Below are positions 30,788-40,807 of a DNA stretch of 55,926 nt, piece by piece. Below the pieces are notes generated by a model. The model saw nothing but the letters and a program-made list of their open reading frames with translations, was not told the origin of the DNA and did no database searches. The stretch's first letter is position 1. Every line of letters starts with the position of its first letter. A program made the position numbers and the translations under genes. Source of the DNA: an uncultured delta proteobacterium (GTDB lineage: Bacteria; Desulfobacterota; Binatia; Bin18); NCBI GenBank assembly GCA_963733195.1, contig CAVTCR010000030.1:1-55926 (forward strand), in the 5' to 3' direction.

Positions 30788-32518
30788 TTAACGTCCGTGT
30801 CGCAACAGGCGGCCCGGAGTTGCTCCGGTGCACTTGCCATCGCGGAACGTCACTTCGCCATTCACAACAATCGCGTGATAGCCTTTAGCGCGCTGAATGC
30901 GGCGCCACTCACCACCAGGAAAGTCATGAACGATTTCGCCAATCCAGTCAGGCTCAATGCCTAAGCCATTGAGGTCGTAGACCACAACATCCGCTGCCCA
31001 GCCGGGTCGTAGCGTGCCCCGGTTCTGGAATCCCGCTGCTTTTGCCGGAAGTGCGGACAAGCGATAATGCGCTTCTTCTAGTGTTATGCGCTGCTCGTCA
31101 CGTACCAGCCACTTCAAAAAGTCGGTCGTGAATGCACCACCCGTGAAGAACTTCGTGTGCGCACCACCATCGGAGACACCAGGGAAGGTATAGTCTGAGT
31201 CGTTAATCATCTCAGCCATGAATTCGCCGTTAAATCCCTTATTGGGGCCGAGGAACTCAACCTTAAGCTCACTGGCTATCGACAAGTCGAGCATCACGTC
31301 GATCGGCGTCTTGTTCTCTTCCTGAGCAATCTGGCCAAGAGATTTGCCGAGGTATTTTTCCAGTTCTGGTTTTCCACCGTCACTCTGTACGAGCAAGGTA
31401 GGAATCGCTCCACCCACGCCAGCCTGAATGACTTGCAAGCGACGATCGGCTTCTTCAGCTTCACGCTTCACGGCTTCGCGTAGTGCAGGGTTCTGGAGCT
31501 TGGCCAATTTTTCTTTCTTCGAGCCGGTCGTGAGTTCACGCCACGCTGGGCTGGCATCATACAAGTTCCAGTGTTCGAGCGTGAAAGCAAAACCAGTGCG
31601 AACCGTTCCGGTCTGACCGTAAATGGGTAGACCCTTTGCGCGGACGCGCTCCAACCACTGCAAGCTTCGCCGGTGCACTTTGGGATCTTTACGCGCTGGC
31701 ACGATCGCATTGTGTAAGATTGGGCGCTGCGCAGTGTCTGCCAGTCGTTCGAGAAACGCCAAGTCGCGCTTAATTTCACCCTCAGCTTGGGTGATCTGTA
31801 TGAATCCATCGCCACGGCGACGCAGCACTTCAGCAAGATTCAAAATGTCCGCGTCAGCCATTGTGTCTGTCACCATCGGTGACCCGTCGTAATCAGCCTG
31901 AACAGAATTTGGCCCGAGGCGTTGAATCGAAAAACCACACAATCCAGCTTCCATGCCTTCGTTCAGCAATCGTTGCATTTCCAGACGTTCGGCTTCTGTG
32001 GCTGGACGTGCTTTTGCAGCTTCCAGACCCATCACGTAGGTCATCAGTGATGCCGTCGGCATGTACTGGATGCAGTTCACGCCTTTGGTAGTGCGATCGA
32101 GTGAATCCATATATTGAGGAATAGTTTCCCAATCCCAGTGCATACCGACTTTCATCGCATCGTACGGGATCGCTTCTGTCCGCGTCATTGTTAGCATCGA
32201 GCGTTCACGAAAATCAGGCTTCACTGGAGCAAAGCCAAATCCGCAGTTACCCAGCACGACCGAAGTGACACCATGCCAGCCAGAGATTGTGCAATACGGG
32301 TCCCAGCGAATCTGGGCATCGTAATGGGTATGCAGATCGATAAAGCCTGGGGCAACGATCAATCCACCGGCGTCGATTACCTGTTTCGCCGAGCCGTCGG
32401 CTTTGCCGCCTACTTGAGCAATTTTGCCATCCTTAATCCAAACGTCAGCTTGGCGACGCGGTGCTCGTGTCCCATCTACAACCGTGCCTCCCTTAATGTG
32501 AAGATCATACTCAGCCAT
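30788..32518 (-). CDS. N-acyl-D-amino-acid deacylase family amidohydrolase
   Basis: APGFIDLHTHYDAQ, HGVTSVVLGNCG, SDGGAH, ADVVVYD, GATPGRLLR. Confidence 0.93.
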   Translation of the reverse strand: MAEYDLHIKGGTVVDGTRAPRRQADVWIKDGKIAQVGGKADGSAKQVIDAGGLIVAPGFIDLHTHYDAQIRWDPYCTISGWHGVTSVVLGNCGFGFAPVKPDFRERSMLTMTRTEAIPYDAMKVGMHWDWETIPQYMDSLDRTTKGVNCIQYMPTASLMTYVMGLEAAKARPATEAERLEMQRLLNEGMEAGLCGFSIQRLGPNSVQADYDGSPMVTDTMADADILNLAEVLRRRGDGFIQITQAEGEIKRDLAFLERLADTAQRPILHNAIVPARKDPKVHRRSLQWLERVRAKGLPIYGQTGTVRTGFAFTLEHWNLYDASPAWRELTTGSKKEKLAKLQNPALREAVKREAEEADRRLQVIQAGVGGAIPTLLVQSDGGKPELEKYLGKSLGQIAQEENKTPIDVMLDLSIASELKVEFLGPNKGFNGEFMAEMINDSDYTFPGVSDGGAHTKFFTGGAFTTDFLKWLVRDEQRITLEEAHYRLSALPAKAAGFQNRGTLRPGWAADVVVYDLNGLGIEPDWIGEIVHDFPGGEWRRIQRAKGYHAIVVNGEVTFRDGKCTGATPGRLLRHGR

Positions 32519-32669
32519 ACTTGGTTCCCTCCTTCGTTCTATTCCTTGTTGGTTAGGACCATTCTTGTATCATCGGACACTAACGAGTTCCATCTTTTGC
32601 CAGTTTCGACTATAGCGTATGAACCTGCCGAACGTCTACAGTTTCCTCATAGATTAAGCCGCACTCAGC

Positions 32670-33065
32670 TTAGGAATTCAACCGGGCAATCACCTTTATT
32701 TCGACGAGACCACCAGGGAACGCGAGCTCAGTAATGCCGATCGCGGTCCACGAAGGGTAGGGGGCCTTCATGTACCGATCCTTGACCTTCATAAACGCCG
32801 TCAAGTTCTTTTGCAGGCCAACATGAAACGTGGTCATCTCGATAACTTCATCGAAAGTGACACCAGCGGTTGTCAGTACTGACTGCAGTGAGTCAAACGC
32901 GTGGGTGAATTGAGTTTCCGGGTCGGGTGAAGGTTTGCCATCGGGACCGACACCGATGACCCCAGAACAGTAGAGACGGTTTCCGTCTTTCACCGCGGGT
33001 GCGAAGTGGTACTGTTCATAATAGTGTTCTTGGCCTTTGGGAATGACTACTTCTTTCTTGCTCAT
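32670..33065 (-). CDS. RidA/YjgF family protein
   Basis: FAPAVK, LYCSGVIG, PYPSWTAIGITEL, VEIKVIA. The conserved Arg is replaced (W), suggesting a non-RidA Rid subfamily. Confidence 0.88.
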   Translation of the reverse strand: MSKKEVVIPKGQEHYYEQYHFAPAVKDGNRLYCSGVIGVGPDGKPSPDPETQFTHAFDSLQSVLTTAGVTFDEVIEMTTFHVGLQKNLTAFMKVKDRYMKAPYPSWTAIGITELAFPGGLVEIKVIARLNS

Positions 33066-33111
33066 TGATCGTCCTCCTTTGTCGATTTATGCCTATGTAT
33101 CTATACGATCT

Positions 33112-33978
33112 TTACACCGGACTTTTATATTTGCTCTCTTGTTCGAGCCACCAATCGATCCCGACCTTTTTAAAGATATCCATCGGGCTAAGAATACGTC
33201 CATCAGACCAATCCGTCCCACGTTCACGGAGCCCAACCAGCGCATCCTCGATCGCCAAGGTCGCGGCCATTAAGCTCACCACAGGGAAGATGACAATCTT
33301 ATAGCCGAGTTTTTCCAGTTCTGACACCTTCAGCGGTGGTGTCTTACCTCCAGGTACCTGGTTGCTCAATAACGGAGCCTTGATTTCGCGCGCCACTCGC
33401 TCGATTTCTTCACGGTTTTGTGGAGCCTCGACAAAGATCACGTCAGCCCCAGCTTCACGATAACAGAGGCTTCGTTCAATCGCGTCGTCGATGCCGTTGA
33501 CTGCGCGTGCATCGGTGCGGGCAATAATGACAAAATCTGGATCGCTGCGATTCTCTGCCGCGGCGCGAATCTTTTCAGCGAACTCTTTCATGGGAATCAC
33601 GGCCTTGCCAGCGATGTGGCCGCACTTCTTTGGAAAGACCTGATCTTCGAGATGCAGCCCGGCAACTCCTGCGCGTTCATACTCACGCACAGTGCGGATG
33701 ACATTCAGCGGATTGCCATAGCCGGTATCAGCATCAGCGATCAGCGGCAAAGAGATACAGCCGGCGATACGACCGGCGTGGGTGGCCATCTCAGTGAGCG
33801 TTGTGAGTCCCACATCCGCCTGTCCTATGGCAGATGCAGCGGTTCCGGCTCCTGTCATATACACCGCCTGGAAGCCATGACGCTCGATGAGGCGAGCCGA
33901 GAGACCATCATACGCTCCTGGGGCTACAATAATCCCTGGTTCCTCTAACATCCGCCGAAGCTGAGTCGTAGAACGCAC
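33112..33978 (-). CDS. Isocitrate lyase/PEP mutase family enzyme (methylisocitrate lyase or dimethylmalate lyase-like)
   Basis: ADADTGYG, EDQVFPKKCGH, ARTDA, GADVIFVEA. Confidence 0.93.
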   Translation of the reverse strand: MRSTTQLRRMLEEPGIIVAPGAYDGLSARLIERHGFQAVYMTGAGTAASAIGQADVGLTTLTEMATHAGRIAGCISLPLIADADTGYGNPLNVIRTVREYERAGVAGLHLEDQVFPKKCGHIAGKAVIPMKEFAEKIRAAAENRSDPDFVIIARTDARAVNGIDDAIERSLCYREAGADVIFVEAPQNREEIERVAREIKAPLLSNQVPGGKTPPLKVSELEKLGYKIVIFPVVSLMAATLAIEDALVGLRERGTDWSDGRILSPMDIFKKVGIDWWLEQESKYKSPV

Positions 33979-34245
33979 GATCGATAACCTCCTCTGTTCT
34001 TTCTCCTGGATGGTACTGTCGCCGCGAATGCTTAGGTACGTCGTCTATGCCCCTCGTGATACACACTTTCTTGCCATTGGGCAAACCCTAACAAATAGGC
34101 TTCCGAGGAGTGATTGATGAGCGCTGAGCAGGGACATTCATTCTGTCCCTGTGGTTATGGTAAACTCCAATGCCAACTGACGGACGAGCGGAGCGATATG
34201 GAGGAGCTATGGAGTTAACGAAACTTGGAGTTCTTGGGTTTTTCG

Positions 34246-35089
34246 GGTCGTGTCTCCCCTTTGTTGATAGGAGAAAAGACAGGTATCGTGTGGTCAGAAG
34301 GAGAAACAACCGATGGCTGAGGCAGCAGTAAAGTGTCCCCATTGTCAGAGTAAGGCGGTCGTGAAGTATGGCAAGACGAGCAATGGCAAGGAGCGGTGTC
34401 GCTGTCAGCAAAGCGCGGCGTGGGGGCGGACATTTTTACGCAGCTCTGCCTCTCCCGGCTGTTTGCCGACGGTGAAGCAGCAGAGCGTGGACCTGACACT
34501 CAAGGGGAGGGGGATCCGCGATAGTGCCCGCGTCCTGCAGGTCGGGTCCAATACCGGGCTTCGCGAATTAAAAAAAAGCCGCCGGTCTGTCCCAGGTCAA
34601 CACGAGCGGCGGGGAGGGCTGTTGTCCGGAGGCGCTCACGGTCGAAGTGCGGCGCGTCGAAGCCGCGGAGGGCGATGAGAGGTGGAGTTTCGTGCAAAGC
34701 CAAGCCCCCCAGCGCTGGTTGTGGCAGGCGATTGATCATGTGAGCGGCGTGGTCCTGGCGTCTGTCTTCGGCAGTCGAGCGGATAGAGTCTTCATCGAGT
34801 TGCAGAAGTTGCTCAAGCCCTTTGGCCTGGAGCCCTTCTACACGGCTGGGGCGGGAGTCTCTGCGCGGCCCCTGCCTACAGCGGCGCATACCATTGGCAA
34901 AAGCAACCCCCAGCAGCTCGAACGCAAACCTCTCACGCGACGGACCCGCATCAAGCGCTGAGCTCGCAAAACCATTTGGTTCTCGAAATCCGGGTTCATG
35001 CACGCTACCGTCATAGGACTCTTTGTGCATCGCTACGAGTTCGGGACGCCCATCTAACTTCACCCTAACAACAATTTGAGAACACGACC
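34246..35089 (+). mobile_element. IS1-family element, degenerate
   Basis: Terminal inverted repeats GGTCGTGTCTCCCCTTTGTTG and CAACAATTTGAGAACACGACC. InsA zinc ribbon CPHC...YGK. A8 slippery run at ~34570. InsB DERWSFV...RWLWQAID with a premature TGA at 34959-34961. Confidence 0.88.
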
Positions 35090-35090
35090 C

Positions 35091-36038
35091 CAGTTTTGAC
35101 GTCGCCAGCGTGGCCGAGTTTATGAACGTTTACGAGAAGATCAAGCATCTGCCGGCCAAACAACGGCAGGACTTCATTTGGGATCGCATTATTTACGCCA
35201 ACCCGATCAAGGCGATCGAAACGCTCGTGCAGTTAGACCAATACAAACCGTTAGTCACATACGACAACCACGACGAGGTGGTCAAGATCGCCCGCCACGC
35301 ACCGCACTCCGGCCTCGTTCTCCGGTTGCGCGTGCCCAACACCGGGTCGATGGTAGAACTGTCGAGCAAGTTTGGCGCTTTGCCGGGCGACGCCGTCGAC
35401 TTGATCGCCTTTGCTCACAACAACAAGCTCGAGGTTGAGGGACTGAGCTTCCACGTCGGCAGCCAGTGTACGAACGTGCAGAACTACATTCAGGCCCTGC
35501 ATTTAGCCGCGGCATCTTTTCCGAGGCCAAGACACGCGGCTTCGATATCAAGCTGCTCGATATAGGGGGAAGATTCCCCGCCCACTATGACGACACCGTC
35601 CCCGCTTTCAAGAGCCTAGCGAAAACGATCAATACCGAGTTAGACCGCCTTTTTCCCAAGTCGATCGAGATTCTTGCCGAGCCGGGGCGATTCCTGGTTG
35701 CCTCTGCCGCCACCGCTGTCGCCCAGATTATTGGCAAGGCTGTCCGAGGCGGCAAGCTCTGCTACTATCTCAATGACGGTGTATATCACACCTACAGCGG
35801 TGTGATCTTTGACCACTGCCAGTATCCCCTAAAAAGCTTCAAGAAAGGCCCCACTCAGCTGTGCTCCGTCTTCGGTCCCACGTGCGATGCCCTCGACACC
35901 ATCAGCCTGGCCGAGCAGCTCCCCGACCTAGATCTCGGCGAATTGGTCTACTCCGAGAATATAGGTGCCTACTCCGCCGCCAGCAGCACATTCTTCAACG
36001 GCTTCCCGCCGGCCAAGGCTGTGCATGTGAACCAATAA
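35091..36038 (+). pseudogene. Ornithine/diaminopimelate-type (fold III) decarboxylase, 5'-truncated by IS1, frameshift ~35510
   Basis: FDVAS, IIYANPIK, SKFGA, SFHVGSQ, LDIGG, AEPGRF, GPTCDALD, GAYS, FNGF. The N-terminal PLP-lysine region is absent. Confidence 0.88.
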
Positions 36039-36099
36039 GCTCACGGCCAGCGTTATGGAGAGATTGCCCAGCTATTCATACGGTGAGGAGGGAGCTGGC

Positions 36100-36181
36100 G
36101 ACACTACGAAGTTGGCGGATGGATGAGACCCATGTCCGCGTCAAGGGCGAGTGGAAATATTTGTATCGCGCCGTCCTGTGA
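36100..36181 (+). pseudogene. IS6-family transposase fragment
   Basis: SWRMDETHVRVKGEWKYLYRAV is the hallmark first DDE block of IS6/IS26. Confidence 0.85.
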
Positions 36182-36324
36182 TCCGTTCCCTCGAAATGAC
36201 GAAGAGTCAGGGATGGGTAGTGGTATCCAAGTAATGCTCTGAAAAGGTTCATACTACAGTGAGCCCGAAGCCGAAATCGAAAAGGGGAGGGGAGGTTTGA
36301 GAGTGCATTATACCACTACGAAAC

Positions 36325-36380
36325 GTATGTCCGCAGTGTGAATCGGTGTGGTTCAAGAGAAACGGCCATATTCATACCGA
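36325..36380 (+). pseudogene. IS1 InsA zinc-ribbon fragment
   Basis: Translates CPQCESVWFKRNGHIHT. Confidence 0.55.
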
Positions 36381-36390
36381 AGTACTATGT

Positions 36391-36657
36391 TCACCTGTTG
36401 AGCAGCATCCACACCCCGATGGCAATGAAGCCAAACGCGGCCACAATCTGAAGTGCTGCGGGCGAAACTACGCGGCCAATCAGCTCACCAAACACCACCG
36501 CTAACAGAGTACTCAAGACGAGTGCCGCTGACGCTGCAACAAAAACTCCTACGCGGCTGAGATTCTCGTCAGTGGCAAATAAGAGCGTGGCTAACTGTGT
36601 CTTATCGCCGAGCTCGGCAAGAAAGACGCTCACAAAGATCGGTAGCAGGGTTTTCAT
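36391..36657 (-). CDS. TMEM165/GDT1 (UPF0016) family membrane protein, single-repeat form
   Basis: Signature ELGDKTQ, three TM helices. Confidence 0.93.
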   Translation of the reverse strand: MKTLLPIFVSVFLAELGDKTQLATLLFATDENLSRVGVFVAASAALVLSTLLAVVFGELIGRVVSPAALQIVAAFGFIAIGVWMLLNR

Positions 36658-36667
36658 GCCGGATTTT

Positions 36668-37078
36668 TTATTCCATTTCTACGACGAGTTTCAACATGTC
36701 GGTTTCGGTGACAATGCCGACCAATTTTGGCCCTTCCAGCACTGGCAGACAGCCAATCTTTTTCTCCATCATGATGCGTGCGGCTTCTTTGACTGAGGCG
36801 TGCGGCGCAATGGTGATGACCGGCTCGCACATTACCTCTTTGACCGCGATGCCTTCTAAAAATGAGCGCTGCGCTTTTTCACCGTACTTCATGACAGAGC
36901 CGAGCGACGCTTTATACAAATCGCGCTGACTCACTACCCCGACCAGCTTGCCATCATCGATGACCGGGAAATGGCGTACACGCCCGAGCGTCATGATGTC
37001 TTTCACTACCTGCAATGAATCATTGCGTCCTAAGGTTGTGACTTCCGGTGTCATAATATCGCGCACGGTTTTTGCCAT
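36668..37078 (-). CDS. CBS-domain pair protein
   Basis: VRDIMT...RHFPVIDDGKLVGVVSQRD and KIGCLPV...LVGIVTETD. Confidence 0.95.
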   Translation of the reverse strand: MAKTVRDIMTPEVTTLGRNDSLQVVKDIMTLGRVRHFPVIDDGKLVGVVSQRDLYKASLGSVMKYGEKAQRSFLEGIAVKEVMCEPVITIAPHASVKEAARIMMEKKIGCLPVLEGPKLVGIVTETDMLKLVVEME

Positions 37079-37254
37079 AGTCGGTTCTCCTTCGTTATAT
37101 TACTTCCTTTACCGTGGATAATAGGGTAACGGTTTTGTATCACTCACATTCTCCACTTATGAGAAGCAATTAGAATGCCGAGCAATAACTATGGCACAGC
37201 CGTTGCTGATCTTCGTTATATGCACAGTGAGCCACAGACAACAGAGGAGGCTTT

Positions 37255-37518
37255 ATGGAAGATGCTGACATCAAACAACAGCTCCATCTCCTGCAGAAAC
37301 AAGTCGAGGCAGCAGTGTCACTGCTCGAAGATACGAAACTCAATCTGTTGTCGCAAGTTGACAGTCTGAAAATTGAGATCGAGGTAATGAAGCGCTTTCT
37401 GGGGCATCACTATAGCGATTTCCCGCGTCACTATCCTCAGATGAAAGACAAGGTAATAAGAGAGGTTGACCCGGAATGGAATGTAAAAGTGAGTAAACGC
37501 TCTCCAACGGATAACTAA
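37255..37518 (+). CDS. Small coiled-coil hypothetical protein
   Basis: RBS GAGGAGG, heptad-like N-terminal half. Confidence 0.6.
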   Translation: MEDADIKQQLHLLQKQVEAAVSLLEDTKLNLLSQVDSLKIEIEVMKRFLGHHYSDFPRHYPQMKDKVIREVDPEWNVKVSKRSPTDN

Positions 37519-37707
37519 TGCAGGCAAGAATTTCTCATTCTTGTGGGACGAACGCAGTGCGACTGGAAACTTACTTGTGTCATTCTTGCGAAACACATCG
37601 CGGTTTTTTGCAAAAATAGGAATCCTGACAACCACAATGTGATCACCTGCGGCGATTGTGGACGGCCCTAAAGATACTAACGAGATGACTGCTGGGAGGA
37701 ACACACT

Positions 37708-38632
37708 ATGGTACAACCGTTTCATAAAATCTTATGTCCAGTGTATTTTGACGAGACCTCTCTCGTCGCTCTGGAATATGCCCGTCATTTTGCCTATCAG
37801 GATGACGGAATGGTCTATCTGTTCCACGCTGTTCCAACTGACGAGCTCCATCTACTCCGAAAGGTCTATCACGCCTCAGAGCACGGAGGCGCGGATGTGG
37901 TCCGAGCTGAGCAGGTCGCGCGGGACCGACTTGAAGACATTGCTCAAGAGCATTTACAGGGAGTACGATATGAAGTTGTGACTGCGCGTAATGGTGATTC
38001 CGCCAGGGCGATTCTTGAAACAGAAAAACAAACTGGGGCTGATCTCGTAGTGATGGCCACACACGGACGGACGGGCATTGCCCACCTCATCCTTGGGAGT
38101 GTCGCCGAGAAGGGTCGTGCGGGAGTCAAAGCGTCCCGTATTAACCACCCACCGTGGAGAGATGCTTGCTGGGGCGAAACCGTTTCAGAGAGTTCTTGTG
38201 CCGGTTGATATTTCTAATCCAACCAATGCCGCACTCGCCTGTGCTCGACGGATCGCTGAACAAAGCGGTGGCATGGTTTATCCCCTGCATATCGTCCCGA
38301 CAGATGAAACCGAGCTGCTTTTTCACGATGTGTACGAGGCACGCGAAGATAAGACGAGCCACAAGGTCAATGCTGTCGTTGCGGAAAAAGTCGCGCGACG
38401 CAAACTCACGGAGCTGGCAGAAGAGCATCTGGCAGGAATGCAGTATAAACCGTTACTGCAGGTCAGTGGGGACCCGGCTAAAACCATTCTTGAAGTCAAG
38501 GCCGATATCAACGCCGATCTGATCGTTATGACGACCCACGGAGTTTCAGGTTTCTTTCATCTGCTGTTAGGGAGTATCACTGAGAAAATGATACGTGAGG
38601 CAAACTGTTCAGTGCTTGCTTTTCGCCAGTGA
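37708..38632 (+). CDS. Tandem universal stress protein (two USP domains), frameshift ~38113
   Basis: KILCPV...ADLVVMATHGRTG...LGSVAEK, then RVLVPVD...ADLIVMTTHG...LGSITEK. Confidence 0.9.
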
Positions 38633-38651
38633 CGTATTTCACTGAGAAAAG

Positions 38652-38695
38652 AGAAGACGCCGGTTCATGGTAGCGGGAGCTGGCGTCTGTCCTCT
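38652..38695. terminator. Candidate bidirectional terminator hairpin
   Basis: AGACGCC...GGCGTCT stem between convergent genes, with an A-rich left flank and T-rich right flank. Confidence 0.4.
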
Positions 38696-38724
38696 GTTTT
38701 ATCTCAGCGGAACGACTTGGCAAA

Positions 38725-39459
38725 TCAAGCTAATAGTTTGGCTAAACCAAGAGTGAACGCCGCACCCAAAGAAGGACCGGACAGGGTAACAAGTGGTTTG
38801 CCGTCGTGACGGTGCAATTGCCAGCGTACATCCCACTCCTTTCGCCATAGTCCTATTTCTTCAACATAGGCGCGGGCATTATCTTCTGCTTGGCGCGCAT
38901 CTTTGTCTCGCAGGAATGCCAGCTCAGGAACAGCGTAGCATTCTCCTCGCCCCTTGCTTATCAACTCCAAGAGCAAACTTGCACCAACTCCTTCGTTGCG
39001 GGCAGTGTCTACGAGTAATACACCAAGTGACAGGCTTCGTTCTGCTTCGCGCAGCGGTTCCTCCATCAGTGCGAGCGTGAGGTCACAGCAGAATCCGCGA
39101 GATGTTGTGGGAGCACTCGCTTCGAGTTCAGTATGCAGCCATTCCCGTGCTGCACCCTCTCGTGTTCGGCATCCCACTAGGGCACAGCGCATGTGCAAGT
39201 GCACTAGCTGAGCTGCTTCCGGGCCGACAAATTGCATAATATCCTGCTTTGTCGAGTCACCGGTGTCGAGCCACGTTTCCAACGTTGTCCGTTCGTTCAG
39301 CCGCACCGCCTCTCGGCACGCACTCAACCATCCCCCTTTTGCTAAGACCCGCCACACCGCGCGCTTGTCCGACTCGCGTTCAGCTCTACGCCACGCCACT
39401 TCAATGTCATTGAACGTCTGAATCTGGCTCGCCGGCATAGGCATCTCGGCGCTTATCAC
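38725..39459 (-). CDS. Protein ending in the N-terminal (catalytic Ser) half of a Lon-type S16 protease domain
   Basis: VLLVD...EGVGASLLLE...DVRWQL...LSGPSLGAAFTLGLAKLLA*. GPSLG matches Lon GPSAG; Ser230 codon at 38770-38772. No Lys half follows. Confidence 0.7.
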   Translation of the reverse strand: MISAEMPMPASQIQTFNDIEVAWRRAERESDKRAVWRVLAKGGWLSACREAVRLNERTTLETWLDTGDSTKQDIMQFVGPEAAQLVHLHMRCALVGCRTREGAAREWLHTELEASAPTTSRGFCCDLTLALMEEPLREAERSLSLGVLLVDTARNEGVGASLLLELISKGRGECYAVPELAFLRDKDARQAEDNARAYVEEIGLWRKEWDVRWQLHRHDGKPLVTLSGPSLGAAFTLGLAKLLA

Positions 39460-40191
39460 GTCTCGTCCGGTGACACGACCTCAAAAACAAGTTCGTAGGG
39501 ACCTTGCAAGTGAGCTCGGGAACCGACGGAACACCAGCCTTCCCAGGTACCTGACGTGCGTGTCGGTTCCAAGGAGAGACGATGACTAGAGTGCACACGC
39601 TTGCTATTCAGCTCAACGAGACTGAAGACGACGACGTAACCGGCGAGACGCTCCTCGCGCGTCTCGAAGGCAATCTGGACATCGCCTTCCTCTGTCTCTT
39701 CAATGGTCCAGACCAGCGCACCTTCTTCACTGTTTCCGCGCCACAGCCGGCGATCGTCCTGCTCGTCTTCACCCTGAGCTGCTAAGCGCTCGGGCTTGCC
39801 ACCAAGGACGGGTTCACCTCGTAGAGGTGTGAGCCGCAGGGACAGCGTGTAGTCTCCCGGTGGGAGACTAGGGATGACGGTCTGGCCACGCGAGTCCAGA
39901 CGTGCAATAACGCGGACGCCTGCTTTGCCGCCTTGCGGTAGCACATAAACAGGGAGTGAAGACCATTTGATCCGATTATGTCCGAACGCATAACAGGTGA
40001 TGAGGACACACAAAGTTTGGCGATCAACATTCCAGCGAGGATCGACACTAATAGCGACATGCCTGGCCTTCCGCATAGGCGCCATGGTCATGCGAAAGCC
40101 GCATTTGACGAAGCAACTGGGCGGCTTCAGCGAGAGCGGCGTTACCTTGCTGCAGCGTCGGTTGTCCTTTATCGCTCGTGTTCTTGCGCAT
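39456..40191 (-). CDS. Hypothetical protein with Ig/carboxypeptidase-regulatory-like beta domains; probable frameshift ~40070
   Basis: RLDSRGQTVIPSLPPGDYTLSL is the carboxypeptidase-regulatory-like pattern, followed by a second beta-rich domain. Stop overlaps the next start (GTGA). Probable start MRKNTSDK at 40191. Confidence 0.55.
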
Positions 40192-40240
40192 AGGATGTCG
40201 CCTCGTCGTTTACGTTTGTTGTGGTTGTCTTAGCCCGCAT

Positions 40241-40807
40241 TCACTCTTCGGTAGCTTCGCTGTTTTGTAACCATTCATAATCCTGGAGTTCTTCGACTGA
40301 CTCCGCGGTTTGAAACGTACGCACCCAGACGATGAGAAGATTTTGCGGTAAGCCTCCCGTCGCACCAAGATCGCATCCAGTGTCATGTACCGGACACCAG
40401 CTTCTCAACACGATCGGATGAGCACAGGAGACACACGAGCGCATCTGTCTTCGCGCACGCTCAAGCTTCCTCGCTCTCTGTAACAAAGTTTCGGCATCTT
40501 TCCAGATTTCCTGTATCTGCATCCTATTGAACAGCGGCTCTCGGCACGCGCTGCATATGGCCCGTTCCGTCACCTCGTGCGCGGAGAGATCGAAAAGATT
40601 CTTACAGTCGGTGCAGCGGCAGCGCTGGGCTGGCTCATACACAGGGGGATCGATATCAACGAGGATCAAGCGGTCACGCAGCGTCTTTCTTGTGCGTTGC
40701 GGGTCGAACGGTTGCTGACACCGGGGACAGTGCTGACCCTCATACGTGGTGTGGCAATGAGCCGTGGGACATTCTTTATACTCTACTGGTGCAATCCGCA
40801 GTCTCAT
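40241..40807 (-). CDS. Multi-zinc-ribbon hypothetical protein
   Basis: CPTAHC, HCPRC, CTDC, CSAC, CVSC, CPVH. ATG 40807 overlaps the upstream TGA (ATGA) with GGAGG upstream. Confidence 0.65.
   Translation of the reverse strand: MRLRIAPVEYKECPTAHCHTTYEGQHCPRCQQPFDPQRTRKTLRDRLILVDIDPPVYEPAQRCRCTDCKNLFDLSAHEVTERAICSACREPLFNRMQIQEIWKDAETLLQRARKLERARRQMRSCVSCAHPIVLRSWCPVHDTGCDLGATGGLPQNLLIVWVRTFQTAESVEELQDYEWLQNSEATEE

Noticed and set aside
38600-38725. Lys half of the protease continuing past the stop by frameshift
   Set aside because: The frames downstream give no TGxI...GG..K motif and run into a hairpin and the convergent USP gene. No GPS motif was seen upstream of 51759 either.
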